A DNA stretch of 64,000 nt from an uncultured Rhabdochlamydiaceae bacterium (GTDB taxonomy: Bacteria > Chlamydiota > Chlamydiia > Chlamydiales > Rhabdochlamydiaceae). How positions within the stretch are numbered: the first letter of the stretch is position 1; every line of letters starts with the position of its first letter. A program made the translations under genes and the position numbers. This document shows positions 28,998 to 38,460 of this stretch, one piece after another. The stretch is from contig CAVQHD010000001.1 in assembly GCA_963712275.1 (NCBI GenBank), forward strand, positions 736,001-800,000, given 5' to 3'. The notes beneath the pieces were generated by a model. That model ran no database searches and was not told where the DNA came from. It saw nothing but the letters and a program-made list of their open reading frames with translations.

Positions 28998-31160
28998 TCA
29001 GTTGTCAGTCCACCCTAAGACATTGCGAATGATAGACCAACGACGCTTTGAAGAGGTGGATGAATCTGTTTTTCCCAAAACCCAAAGATTGAATTGCTGC
29101 TCTGAGAGGTGTTCAGTTTTCTTGAGATTCAGCCAAAGATTTAGATAACAGAGAAAGCGATCTGCTTGCATTGCAATCGCATATCCGAAGGGATCTTTCG
29201 CGATCTCAGGTTCCGGGATAACAACTGTGAAGTTAGGATGAGCTAAGCTCCAAGCAATCGATTGAAACTCCCCGCGAAGTAAAATGTCATTGGGGTATTT
29301 CTCAATATAATCGTGGTAATTTTCGATGACGGCAATTCTTGAGGCAGGCACAAGCGATCTTGCCAAGTGTTCATAAGAGGTTCCCCGAGAAACAACAAGC
29401 TTGATATGTGGATTTTCAAGAATAGAGTGGAGAGAAGTGTAATTCTTTTTAAATTTTTTAAGCATCGTAAACACGATGCGTGATTCAAGATAAGGATTGG
29501 AAAAACAAATCTTTCGAAGCCGATTTTCATTAATTGTGATCGATGACATCGCAATATCGTAAAGCCCTTGATTTAACTCCTCAGAGAGCGCGGAAATTTG
29601 CATGGGAATGAGTTCAAGGGTGCATCCCAAGTCTTTTGCAAGCGTGTAAGCAAAGGCCATGTCATATCCTACAAGCTGTCCAAATTCATTATAAAAGCAG
29701 AAAGGGATCGTTTCTGGATTATAGCCGACGCGAAGGATATTCGAAGCAAGAATCCTTTCAAAGGGATCGCCTGTTCGAGGAGGAGGAAGGGCTTCCTCTT
29801 TTGTATAGACCCGAACTTTAACAGGTAGATCAAGAGAGAGTTCGCAGATGCTCTTCGAAGGATTTGTGATGGGAGGGAGCTTAATCCAATGTTTAAAAGC
29901 CCCAATAAAGGCAATCACAGGAATGAGAATAATCACTGTCTGTTTTAAAACTTTTCTCAGGGTCCATTTTAATAACCCATGGCAACTTAAGACAATCAAG
30001 AGGGAAAGGCTTGCTACTTCCATCACAGAAATCAGCGATTGGAATCCTGCTGTGAAGGGAAGAGTGGTCAAGAATAGATCGATTGCAACCAGAGGAAGTC
30101 CTAGAGAGTCGAGAAGAAAATTAAGAGAATTAATCCAAGATCCGACTCCAATGGCTCCTAAGCTTGTTAAGAAAGTTGTGAGGAAAAGCTGAATTTGAGC
30201 ATTTCCAGCTAAAGTGATGTTGTAGAAAATAGCGATAAAAAAAATAAAAACAGCAATGAAAAGAGAGCCTAGCGGAAGGTTAAAAGTAATAGAGACGACT
30301 CCTTGGACTTGGTCTTTTAAGGAATCTTCTTTTTTGTAATAACGTTTCACTTCTTCCTGGAGAAGTTCGATCAAAAAGGGGAGCGTGACAATTACCAAAT
30401 TTGTCGTGAAGGCTACTAACATGATCGGAGCTAAACTTTTAAGCCATTGTCCTGGTGGAATAATCGTCGCCATTCCAACAATTCGGGGGACGACCCAGAA
30501 AACAAGTAGAGAAATTCCAAGAATATAAAGGATCAGATAGGTGCTAATCTGTTTAATCGTGAGCAATTGCATAGTGCCTACACGATCTGCAATAATTAAA
30601 AAAGTTCCGATGGGGGTGATTCGGCTAATCCATCCCGTCATTCGCGTAAGTGAACTTACGAGGGTATCTAGCATACCCATGAAATGCTCTTTTTCTTTCA
30701 GATGCATCAAGGCGATTCCAATAAACAGACTGAAGACAACGACGGCAGGGATAAGATTATTGGAGAGGGCCGTAAAAATATTATCGGGGATGAGAAGTTC
30801 TGCAAAGTTGATTGTGCTAGGTCGAATATTACTATAGGCAGAATAGGCGACTCCTTGAGATTTTGGAAATAAATAAGCAGTGATGTAGATCATGGTGATA
30901 TTAACAGCCCACATGCCGCTAATAAAAACGATCCCCTTTCGTAAGATATTTTTTGCTGTTATAGAAGAAAGGCGGCCAATTCCATGCATCACAGCGCAGA
31001 TTAAATAAGGAACTGCGGTGATTTTTAAGATCATAATGTAGGCATTTTCCCACAGAGTAAAGGCAGAGCAAAGGTCTCCAAGGAAAAGGCCCAAAAATAT
31101 TCCAAGGAGCGTTGCAATGAGCATCTGTAAAGAAAGCGAATGTCGAAATAGGGAGGTCAT
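28998..31160 (-). CDS. Cation:dicarboxylate/amino-acid symporter fused to a periplasmic substrate-binding domain
   Basis: N-terminal multi-TM SDF-like region (IPDNIFTAL, TPIGTF); C-terminal LRVGY...LVGYDMAFA...DIAMS SBP-like domain. Confidence 0.82.
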   Translation of the reverse strand: MTSLFRHSLSLQMLIATLLGIFLGLFLGDLCSAFTLWENAYIMILKITAVPYLICAVMHGIGRLSSITAKNILRKGIVFISGMWAVNITMIYITAYLFPKSQGVAYSAYSNIRPSTINFAELLIPDNIFTALSNNLIPAVVVFSLFIGIALMHLKEKEHFMGMLDTLVSSLTRMTGWISRITPIGTFLIIADRVGTMQLLTIKQISTYLILYILGISLLVFWVVPRIVGMATIIPPGQWLKSLAPIMLVAFTTNLVIVTLPFLIELLQEEVKRYYKKEDSLKDQVQGVVSITFNLPLGSLFIAVFIFFIAIFYNITLAGNAQIQLFLTTFLTSLGAIGVGSWINSLNFLLDSLGLPLVAIDLFLTTLPFTAGFQSLISVMEVASLSLLIVLSCHGLLKWTLRKVLKQTVIILIPVIAFIGAFKHWIKLPPITNPSKSICELSLDLPVKVRVYTKEEALPPPRTGDPFERILASNILRVGYNPETIPFCFYNEFGQLVGYDMAFAYTLAKDLGCTLELIPMQISALSEELNQGLYDIAMSSITINENRLRKICFSNPYLESRIVFTMLKKFKKNYTSLHSILENPHIKLVVSRGTSYEHLARSLVPASRIAVIENYHDYIEKYPNDILLRGEFQSIAWSLAHPNFTVVIPEPEIAKDPFGYAIAMQADRFLCYLNLWLNLKKTEHLSEQQFNLWVLGKTDSSTSSKRRWSIIRNVLGWTDN

Positions 31161-31779
31161 AGTTTAATAAAGTTTAATTGCCGCCAAGCTTCGTACAAAA
31201 CAACTGCAGCGGCATTCGAAAGATTTAAGAGGGTGCTTGCAAGGTCAGGTTTCGTCGATTTTTGGGGCTTTTTGAGCCAATTTTCGCTTTGTTTGGTGGG
31301 GGTTATATCAACTTTCGTATATTACCCCCACCAAACAAAGCGAAAATTGGCCAAAAATCCTCCAAAAAGCGACGAAACCTGACCTTGCAAGCACCCTCTG
31401 AACACCGCGACCCTTCCATGGGAATCTTATAAAAAAGATTCGGCCATTTTTCATGAAAGCTCAAAGGAAGTCCTGCTGTCTCTGAGCCGAAAATTAAATG
31501 ATCGTCTGGACTGAAGTCAATAGTTGTATAACATTTCGTCGCTTTTGAAGAGAAAAAATAGAATGGAGTTTTCAGCTGGTTAAGATAATTTTTGAAATGA
31601 TCTTCCTGCCTGACCAAAACCCCTTCCCAGTAATCAAGCCCTGCCCGCTTCAGCCATCGATCCGTGATTTTAAATCCTAGAGGAGGAACTAGCAGAAGGC
31701 ATGCCCCTGTGCAAGCGCAGGTACGAACGATATTACCTGTATTTTGAGGAATTTGGGGCTCATAGAGAACAATGTGCAA
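31157..31779 (-). pseudogene. trmL: tRNA (cytidine/uridine34-2'-O)-methyltransferase TrmL/SpoU, interrupted by a palindromic element
   Basis: PQIPQNTGNI, RAGLDYW and FGSETAGL motifs; the conserved IPM..RC|LNLSNAAAVVLYEAWRQ segment is split by the insert at 31229-31398. Confidence 0.9.
31229..31398. repeat. 170-bp palindromic element (family A)
   Basis: Arms GAGGGTGCTTGCAAGGTCAGGTTTCGTCG; central ATATCAACTTTCGTATAT; flanks TAA/TGA. Confidence 0.93.
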
Positions 31780-31799
31780 GAGATAACCCCCCTAAATAG

Positions 31800-32567
31800 T
31801 TATCGAACGACCTTGGGCTCCTCAAAAGGGGATGCAATTTCAGGGTTCCCATTGGACTTAGGAGTAATGGGAGTCAAAGAGTCAAGAGCTTCTGGATGAG
31901 GTGCATTGGCTTGAACGACTTCAACTTCAAAGGTTAGAAGAGAATTCGGGGGTTGAACGCGAGTGCCATATCCTAGGTCAGGGTGAATGTAGAGAACTCT
32001 CTTTTCACCTTCTTTCATTCCTAAGAGTCCTTTGCTAAAGCCAGAGAGGGCTTCATCTAAGTTAATCATCTCTTCTTCTTTAGAAGAGTCGAAAGTTGAA
32101 CCGTCGATAAATTTACCTACATATCGAATCAGAGGGGTTGAATTTTCACTGACGCAGGCTCCTTTCCCTTCTTGTGTGATACGGTATTGCAATTTCCCAT
32201 TTTCTAGGCTGTGAATCTCTGAAGAGGTTTGATTTTTTACAAGGAACTCTTCTGCTTGTTTTAAATTTTGCTGAGCTGTTTCTTTAAATGCTGCTTCCTG
32301 CACAGCAGTGATTGCTTCAATACATTCCACTTCTGTCATCGGTGCTTCTTTGTGCGCGGCTGCATCTTGAAGTCCCTGAATGACTTTAGCGATATCGAGC
32401 TTCATGCCCATAGAGTCGAGGTTTTTCCCGAGAAGGTGTCCAAAGGCTTCAGAAATTTTTGCGACATCAGGCGCTGGTGGAGACGTTTCTTGAGCGGCTT
32501 CTTCAGCTGTCAAGTAACCTAAACTCAAGCAACATAGAAAGAAAAAAATCTTCTTCATACTTAACAC
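31800..32567 (-). CDS. mip: FKBP-type peptidyl-prolyl isomerase Mip
   Basis: Signal peptide, YVGKFIDGSTFDSS, LYIHPDLGYG, LLTFEVEV; chlamydial synteny. Confidence 0.93.
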   Translation of the reverse strand: MLSMKKIFFFLCCLSLGYLTAEEAAQETSPPAPDVAKISEAFGHLLGKNLDSMGMKLDIAKVIQGLQDAAAHKEAPMTEVECIEAITAVQEAAFKETAQQNLKQAEEFLVKNQTSSEIHSLENGKLQYRITQEGKGACVSENSTPLIRYVGKFIDGSTFDSSKEEEMINLDEALSGFSKGLLGMKEGEKRVLYIHPDLGYGTRVQPPNSLLTFEVEVVQANAPHPEALDSLTPITPKSNGNPEIASPFEEPKVVR

Positions 32568-32597
32568 CTCACCTTTAAAGCTACCTGTTTCTTGAGT

Positions 32598-34388
32598 TTA
32601 TATCCAAGTGATTTCGACGGGATTTGCCCGAATTTCAAGTTCATCTAACTGTTTTTTTGAGACTGTGGAAGGGGACTGCATCATTAAATCGCTCCCTTTC
32701 TGCGTCTTGGGAAAAGCAATCACATCGCGGATGTTTTCAGTCTCGCAAAGAAGCATCAAGATCCGATCGAACCCTAGCGCGATTCCTAAATGAGGAGGGG
32801 TCCCATATTTAAGTGCCTCCACAAAGAATCCAAACTTTTCATGAATCTCTTCAGGATTTAATTTTAAAATTTTAAAGATTTTTTCCTGGAGGTCTCCATT
32901 GTGAATCCGTTGCGATCCACCTCCGATTTCATAACCATTCAAGACAAGGTCGTAGGCAAGAGCCCGAACTTTAAGAGGGTCTTGGTCGAGCATCGTGAGA
33001 TCCTCAGGATGAGGAGCTGTGAAGGGGTGGTGCTCGCTTTCGACACGAGATTCTTCGGTATTCCATCGCATGAGGGGAAAATCGATGACCCATAAGAATT
33101 TCAAATCGCCTTGAGACACGAGATTTCGATCTTTAGCAACGGTTCGTCGTAAATGGTCAAGCCCTTGATTGACTCGCTCTTCAGGTCCCGATGCAAGTAA
33201 CAAAAGATCGCCCTCTTCAAGCCCTGTTTGGGAGAACATTGCTTGCAACGACTCTTCGGAGAAAAATTTCGCTATACTCGAAGAAATCCCTTCTTTGGAC
33301 CGTTTAATCCAAGCGAGCCCTTTGAGTCCAAACTGTGCCACAAATTCGGTATATTTTTCGATTTCCTTGCGAGAAATTGAGCTTCCCCCTGTGACCTTGA
33401 TCGATTTGACGCATCCCCCTGTCGCAAGTTGATCCAGAAAAATCGAGAAGGTTGAGTTTCTGGCAATTTCATCCAAGCGAATTAAAGGCATTCCAAAGCG
33501 GAGATCTGGGCGATCGGTGCCGTAAAATTCAAGGCACTGAGCATGCGACATGCGTGGAAAAGGGGTTGGAATTTCCAGATTCATGCATCTCTTAAAAAGA
33601 CGAGCCATGAGCCCTTCCATTAAGGTCATTAAATCGTCCGGGATTCCAAAGCTGACTTCAATATCGACCTGCGTAAATTCAGGTTGCCTGTCGGACCTTA
33701 AATCTTCGTCGCGGAAACAGGTCGCGAATTGAAAATACCGGTCCATTCCAGCTATCATTAGCAGTTGTTTGAAAATTTGGGGAGATTGGGGAAGAGCGTA
33801 AAAATTTCCAGGGTAAATACGCGAAGGCACAAGATAGTCGCGAGCTCCTTCCGGAGTCGATTTCGCCAAAATGGGGGTTGAAATTTCAATGAACTGCAGA
33901 TCGTACATGTAGCTTCGAATCGCGTGCATCGCTTCATGGCGCATCACGAGATTTTGGCAGATCGATCCGCGGCGAATATCAAGATACCGGAATTTGAGCC
34001 TTAGCTCTTCATTCACATCGATGATCTCATCACTGACAGAAAAAGGAGGTGTTTTTGCGGAAGCTAAAATTTCAAGTTCTTCCACATTGATCTCGATCTC
34101 TCCTGTTGCTCGTCTGTTGTTAGCCATTCCTTCTGCGCGAGGCTTGACAGTTCCGCGTACTGAGATCACCCATTCTAACCTAATCCTTGAAGCTTTTTCA
34201 TGAAGAGGGCCATTTAAATGAGGGTCGAACACAAGCTGTGTGATCCCAAATCGGTCACGCAAGTCGATAAAAATGAGCCCTCCTAAATCTCGCCGTTTGT
34301 GAACCCAACCGGAAAGGGTTACGCGAGTCCCTGCCATCGAGAGGTTAAGTTGTCCGCACGTGTGAGATCGTCTGTAATCAAATTTCAT
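32598..34388 (-). CDS. aspS: Aspartate--tRNA ligase
   Basis: RSHTCG, STPEGARDY, FRDEDLRSDRQPEFTQ, GTPPHLGIALGFDR. Confidence 0.97.
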   Translation of the reverse strand: MKFDYRRSHTCGQLNLSMAGTRVTLSGWVHKRRDLGGLIFIDLRDRFGITQLVFDPHLNGPLHEKASRIRLEWVISVRGTVKPRAEGMANNRRATGEIEINVEELEILASAKTPPFSVSDEIIDVNEELRLKFRYLDIRRGSICQNLVMRHEAMHAIRSYMYDLQFIEISTPILAKSTPEGARDYLVPSRIYPGNFYALPQSPQIFKQLLMIAGMDRYFQFATCFRDEDLRSDRQPEFTQVDIEVSFGIPDDLMTLMEGLMARLFKRCMNLEIPTPFPRMSHAQCLEFYGTDRPDLRFGMPLIRLDEIARNSTFSIFLDQLATGGCVKSIKVTGGSSISRKEIEKYTEFVAQFGLKGLAWIKRSKEGISSSIAKFFSEESLQAMFSQTGLEEGDLLLLASGPEERVNQGLDHLRRTVAKDRNLVSQGDLKFLWVIDFPLMRWNTEESRVESEHHPFTAPHPEDLTMLDQDPLKVRALAYDLVLNGYEIGGGSQRIHNGDLQEKIFKILKLNPEEIHEKFGFFVEALKYGTPPHLGIALGFDRILMLLCETENIRDVIAFPKTQKGSDLMMQSPSTVSKKQLDELEIRANPVEITWI

Positions 34389-35683
34389 GATCGCCTTTGT
34401 GCGTGATTTTGTAGAAAAGACTCGAGATCGGTCCAGCTGATTTGATGAGCCGATCGGGTTTCCATCTCTTTAACTTCAATTGTTTGCTGACCGAGTTCTT
34501 CATCCCCCACTACAACGCAAAAAGCAGCGCGGAGCGTATTTGCAAGTTGAAGCCCATGCTGGATCTTTTTGCCTGACAAATCAATCTCGACTTTCCATCC
34601 TTGGTGCCGCAAAGACAAGGTTTTCTGAAAACAAACTTCGAGCCCCTTCTCGCCTAAAGGGATAAAGAAAAGATCAGGATGGGGAGCGGCGGGAAATGGG
34701 ATCTTCTCGTTTTGCATCGTTTGCAAAATTCGCTCGATTCCCGTTGCAAACCCAACCGAAGGGAGGGAAGGGCCTCCAAGTGTTTTAAGAAGACCATCAT
34801 ATCTGCCTCCTCCTCCGATCGTATTCTGCGCTCCCAATTTCTCCGACATCACTTCAAACACCGTTTTATTGTAATAATCGAGTCCTCGAACTAACTTGGG
34901 GTCAATCACATAGGGAATTCCAGAGGATCGAAGAAGAGATTGAACTTTTTCAAAATGGGCTTTCGATTCTTCCGAAAGAAATGCATGAATCGAAGGGACA
35001 TCCTTAAGAAAGCTTTGGTCTTTAGGGTCTTTAGAATCGAGAATACGCAGGATGTTTTTTGAAAAGCGAACTTGACTATCTTCTGAGAGCGACTCGAAAT
35101 GAGGTTTAAAATAAGTTGCGAGCGCTTGCCGATACGAGGCTCGCGAGGCCTCATCTCCCACAGAATTGAGATGGACAACGAGATTTTTAAGACCAAGCCG
35201 TCGATACAGCTCGCAGAGCATATCGATCAGTTCGACATCTTGCTCTGCACTTCCAATCCCAATGGCCTCTGCTCCAAATTGATGGTGCTGCCGGTACCTT
35301 CCTGCTTGAGGCCTTTCATAGCGAAACATCGGTCCAATGTAATAAAATTTGAAGAGACCCGCCGCTTGATGAAGGTGTTTTTCGACAAAAGCACGTATGA
35401 CAGAGGCAGTCCCCTCAGGTCTCAGCGTCATTGAGCGGTCTGCTTTATCTAAAAAGGTGTACATTTCCTTCAGCACGATATCGGAGCTATCGCCCACGCC
35501 TCGCTCAAATAGTTCTGTTCTCTCAAAGATCGGTGTCCGAATCTCTTTGAATCCATAGTCCGCCGCGCAATTGTGCATGACACTTTCGACATAGTGCCAT
35601 CGATCAGAAGTCTTCCACAGATCTTCTTCTTTTGCCTCTTGAGGTAAAATATCAAAAAGCCCCTTAGGGATTGTATAGTCCAT
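34385..35683 (-). CDS. hisS: Histidine--tRNA ligase
   Basis: LRPEGTA, FRYERPQAGRYRQ, LVRGLDYY, GGGRYDGL. Confidence 0.97.
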   Translation of the reverse strand: MDYTIPKGLFDILPQEAKEEDLWKTSDRWHYVESVMHNCAADYGFKEIRTPIFERTELFERGVGDSSDIVLKEMYTFLDKADRSMTLRPEGTASVIRAFVEKHLHQAAGLFKFYYIGPMFRYERPQAGRYRQHHQFGAEAIGIGSAEQDVELIDMLCELYRRLGLKNLVVHLNSVGDEASRASYRQALATYFKPHFESLSEDSQVRFSKNILRILDSKDPKDQSFLKDVPSIHAFLSEESKAHFEKVQSLLRSSGIPYVIDPKLVRGLDYYNKTVFEVMSEKLGAQNTIGGGGRYDGLLKTLGGPSLPSVGFATGIERILQTMQNEKIPFPAAPHPDLFFIPLGEKGLEVCFQKTLSLRHQGWKVEIDLSGKKIQHGLQLANTLRAAFCVVVGDEELGQQTIEVKEMETRSAHQISWTDLESFLQNHAQRRS

Positions 35684-36126
35684 AAACCTCGTTGGAAGTG
35701 ATATCTTTAGGAGTGAAATTGACAGGGTATGTCATATGGATCCTTAAACCTCATTTAAATCTTTATAGGATACAACTTAACGACTTATATCAGTAGTGTA
35801 AAAATTATTTTAATTTTATTTTAAAGTTAAGCTTAGCCTCAAGACAGGGGTGGGCAGAACTTGTTAATGAGGCCTGATTCCTATCAGCATCCTTTTTTAC
35901 ATTTATTGGTTCCAAAAAGTGTCATATTTCACACTTATTCGTACCAAAAAGTGTGAAACGTTCCTCACTTATTTCGCAAGTTGCTCACAATAAATTAGTT
36001 AAAATAAAGCGCGATTCTGTGAGGGAGGACCCACCCGAAAAGATGCACTGTTGACTTAAAAAGCACCCCAAAATCAATTGACTTTGGGGTTTGAAGAAGG
36101 TACCATTTCTTCTTTGACTGGAAGGA

Positions 36127-37490
36127 TGGGTTATTTTGTGAATTTACTCCAGATTTTAAAGCCGCCTGTATCGATCACACCCCTATCGAAAGAGGATGAA
36201 ATTGAGGCCTCGTATAAGTACTGGCGCTGGCGGATCTTCTTCGGGATGTACATTGGGTATGTCTTCTACTATTTTTCCAGATACAGTTATGCAAGCATTA
36301 AGCCTCTTTTAATACAGGATTTAGGGTTTTCCAAAAGCGACTTGGGGATTCTCACGAGCGTTTTTGCGATTTCTTATGGGCTTAGTAAGTTTTTGAGTGG
36401 AATCCTCTCAGACCGTTCAAATCCGAGAATTTTCATGTCGGTTGGACTGGTCATCACGGGAATTCTCAATATTATTTTTGGCTTTTCATCAGCGCCCCTT
36501 GTGCTCGCTCTTTTATGGGGCCTTAATGGATGGTTCCAAGGGTGGGGTTGGCCTCCTTGCGCTAAACTTTTAACGCATTGGTATGCACAGAAAGAGAGAG
36601 GGACCTGGTGGGGGATGCAAAACTCATCTCATAACGTTGGAGCAGCCCTCATTCCCATCATTGTAGGATATGCCGCTCAGGCGCTTGGATGGCGGTATGG
36701 GATGTTTGTCCCAGGTCTTTTGAGTATTGGGGTGGGAGTTTTTATTTTCTTTGTTTTGCGTGATACTCCGGAAACCTTAGGGCTGCCGTCTATTGAAAAA
36801 TTTAAAAATGATGCCGATGGCCACCGAGAGCACCAAGAGAAAGAAATTTCTTTAAAAGAGCTTCTTTTCAAATACATTCTCAATAATGCTTATCTTTGGG
36901 CGCTCGGAGTCTCCTATTTTTTTGTCTACTTCATTCGAGGGGCAATTAATGAGTGGTCCCCACTCTTTCTCATGGAGACAAGAGGATATCAACTCGTCGC
37001 TGCAAATGCTGCAATGACATGGTTTGAAGTAGGAGGGCTGATTGGAAGCCTTGTGGCGGGATGGGCATCGGATAAGATCTTCAGTGGGAAGAGAGGACCA
37101 ATTAATGTCTTATTTTCTCTTGCTGTTGTCGGCGCTGTTAGCGCTCTTTGGCTTCTTCCTCCCACCAGCATGGTGGTTGATTATCTGCTCATTTTCATCA
37201 TCGGCTTTTTAATTTTTGGCCCTCAAATGTTAATTGGCATGGTCGCTGTTGAATTATCCCATAAAAAAGCGGCCGGTGGAGCCACCGGTTTTATCGGTTT
37301 TATTGCCTATTTAGGAATGGCAGGTGCAGGATACCCGCTCACTAAAATTATGGAATGGATGGGGTGGAGCGGCTTTTTTGTTGCAATTGCCTGCTGCGGA
37401 ATCATCAGCGTGATACTACTCGCGCCTTTCTGGGGAATCAAGTCTAATCCTAAATTGGCCATCCCTGAAGAAGAGCCTGCAAGGAGCTAA
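36127..37490 (+). CDS. uhpC: Hexose-phosphate MFS transporter
   Basis: Multi-TM OPA-family protein; WFQGWGWPPC, SHNVG, FGPQMLIG. Start uncertain (36078, 36127 or 36138). Confidence 0.9.
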
Positions 37491-37498
37491 TTAACCAG

Positions 37499-38365
37499 CT
37501 ATTTTCCAAGGACCATTATTTTATATTTTGGAACAATGACAAGGGGTTTCAAAGAGGTTAACAGGGCCAATTGGGAAGAAGGGTTTTCAATTGAATTGCC
37601 AGTAAGGTTAACGATTGTAAGATTTGTCAGGCGATTCAGGTTGGTTGGTATAGATGTGAAAGCATTAAATCTAAGATCAAGTGAATCTAAGTTTGTGAGA
37701 GAGCAGATTTCAGCAGGAAGTCTTAAAAGGTTTGAGTAATTTAAAGATAAGTCTTCTAATCGATGGAGAAGCGAAGTGGGGCTCTCTAATTCACTTTGCC
37801 ATTCAGAATGGAACTTCTGCAAGAAAGTGGGTATGGAGAGTGAAAGATGACCATTTGCGACTAATTCCTTTGCCTCTGAGCTCCACTTACTTGGGATGTT
37901 TTTCGCCTTACACATGTGGACAATATCATTGAACTCAATCCGATTTTCCATATACATGTAATACATGGTGTAATAGAGGGAAGACGTTTCCTTTCCTGAG
38001 ATTGCTGGTACGCTTGCGGGGAAAGAGAGAGGGTGCTGTAAATGCATACGTTCTTGATTTAAACCAGCGAAAATTTTTTGTTTGACTATGCTTGCATTCA
38101 TATTTGTTGGATCGAGGTTAAGGTTGGAAGGAAAGAGTTTTCTCCAGATTGAAACAACCATCTCTGGTCCACTAAGGATTTGGTGAAAAGGCCAGCAAAC
38201 TCTGCTAATGGTGTCCAAGCACTTGGATGGCATAGGGGCCGATATAATGGCATGCAAAAAAACCTCCCTTGAGAGTTCATCTGGAAGGATCCCAAATTGC
38301 CCGCATGTTGGGTTTGAATTGATGGGGGCATATGAAGGTTCTACTATTTTTTGTACTATAGCCAT
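37499..38365 (-). CDS. F-box-like plus leucine-rich repeat protein
   Basis: ILPDELSREVF...ISRVCWPFHQI F-box-like motif; three C-terminal LxxLxLxxNxL repeats. Confidence 0.7.
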   Translation of the reverse strand: MAIVQKIVEPSYAPINSNPTCGQFGILPDELSREVFLHAIISAPMPSKCLDTISRVCWPFHQILSGPEMVVSIWRKLFPSNLNLDPTNMNASIVKQKIFAGLNQERMHLQHPLSFPASVPAISGKETSSLYYTMYYMYMENRIEFNDIVHMCKAKNIPSKWSSEAKELVANGHLSLSIPTFLQKFHSEWQSELESPTSLLHRLEDLSLNYSNLLRLPAEICSLTNLDSLDLRFNAFTSIPTNLNRLTNLTIVNLTGNSIENPSSQLALLTSLKPLVIVPKYKIMVLGK

Positions 38366-38423
38366 ACTTTCCTCCTTTTTTTAGCACCTAGTTTAATCTA
38401 GGATGTTTTTTTAAGACAATTTC

Positions 38424-38453
38424 TTGACCCTCTCTGCCCCAACCCGTTATTCT
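38424..38453 (+). promoter_or_regulatory. Putative sigma66 promoter of dnaE
   Basis: TTGACC-18-TATTCT ending 7 nt before the ATG. Confidence 0.45.
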
Positions 38454-38460
38454 TAAGAGT

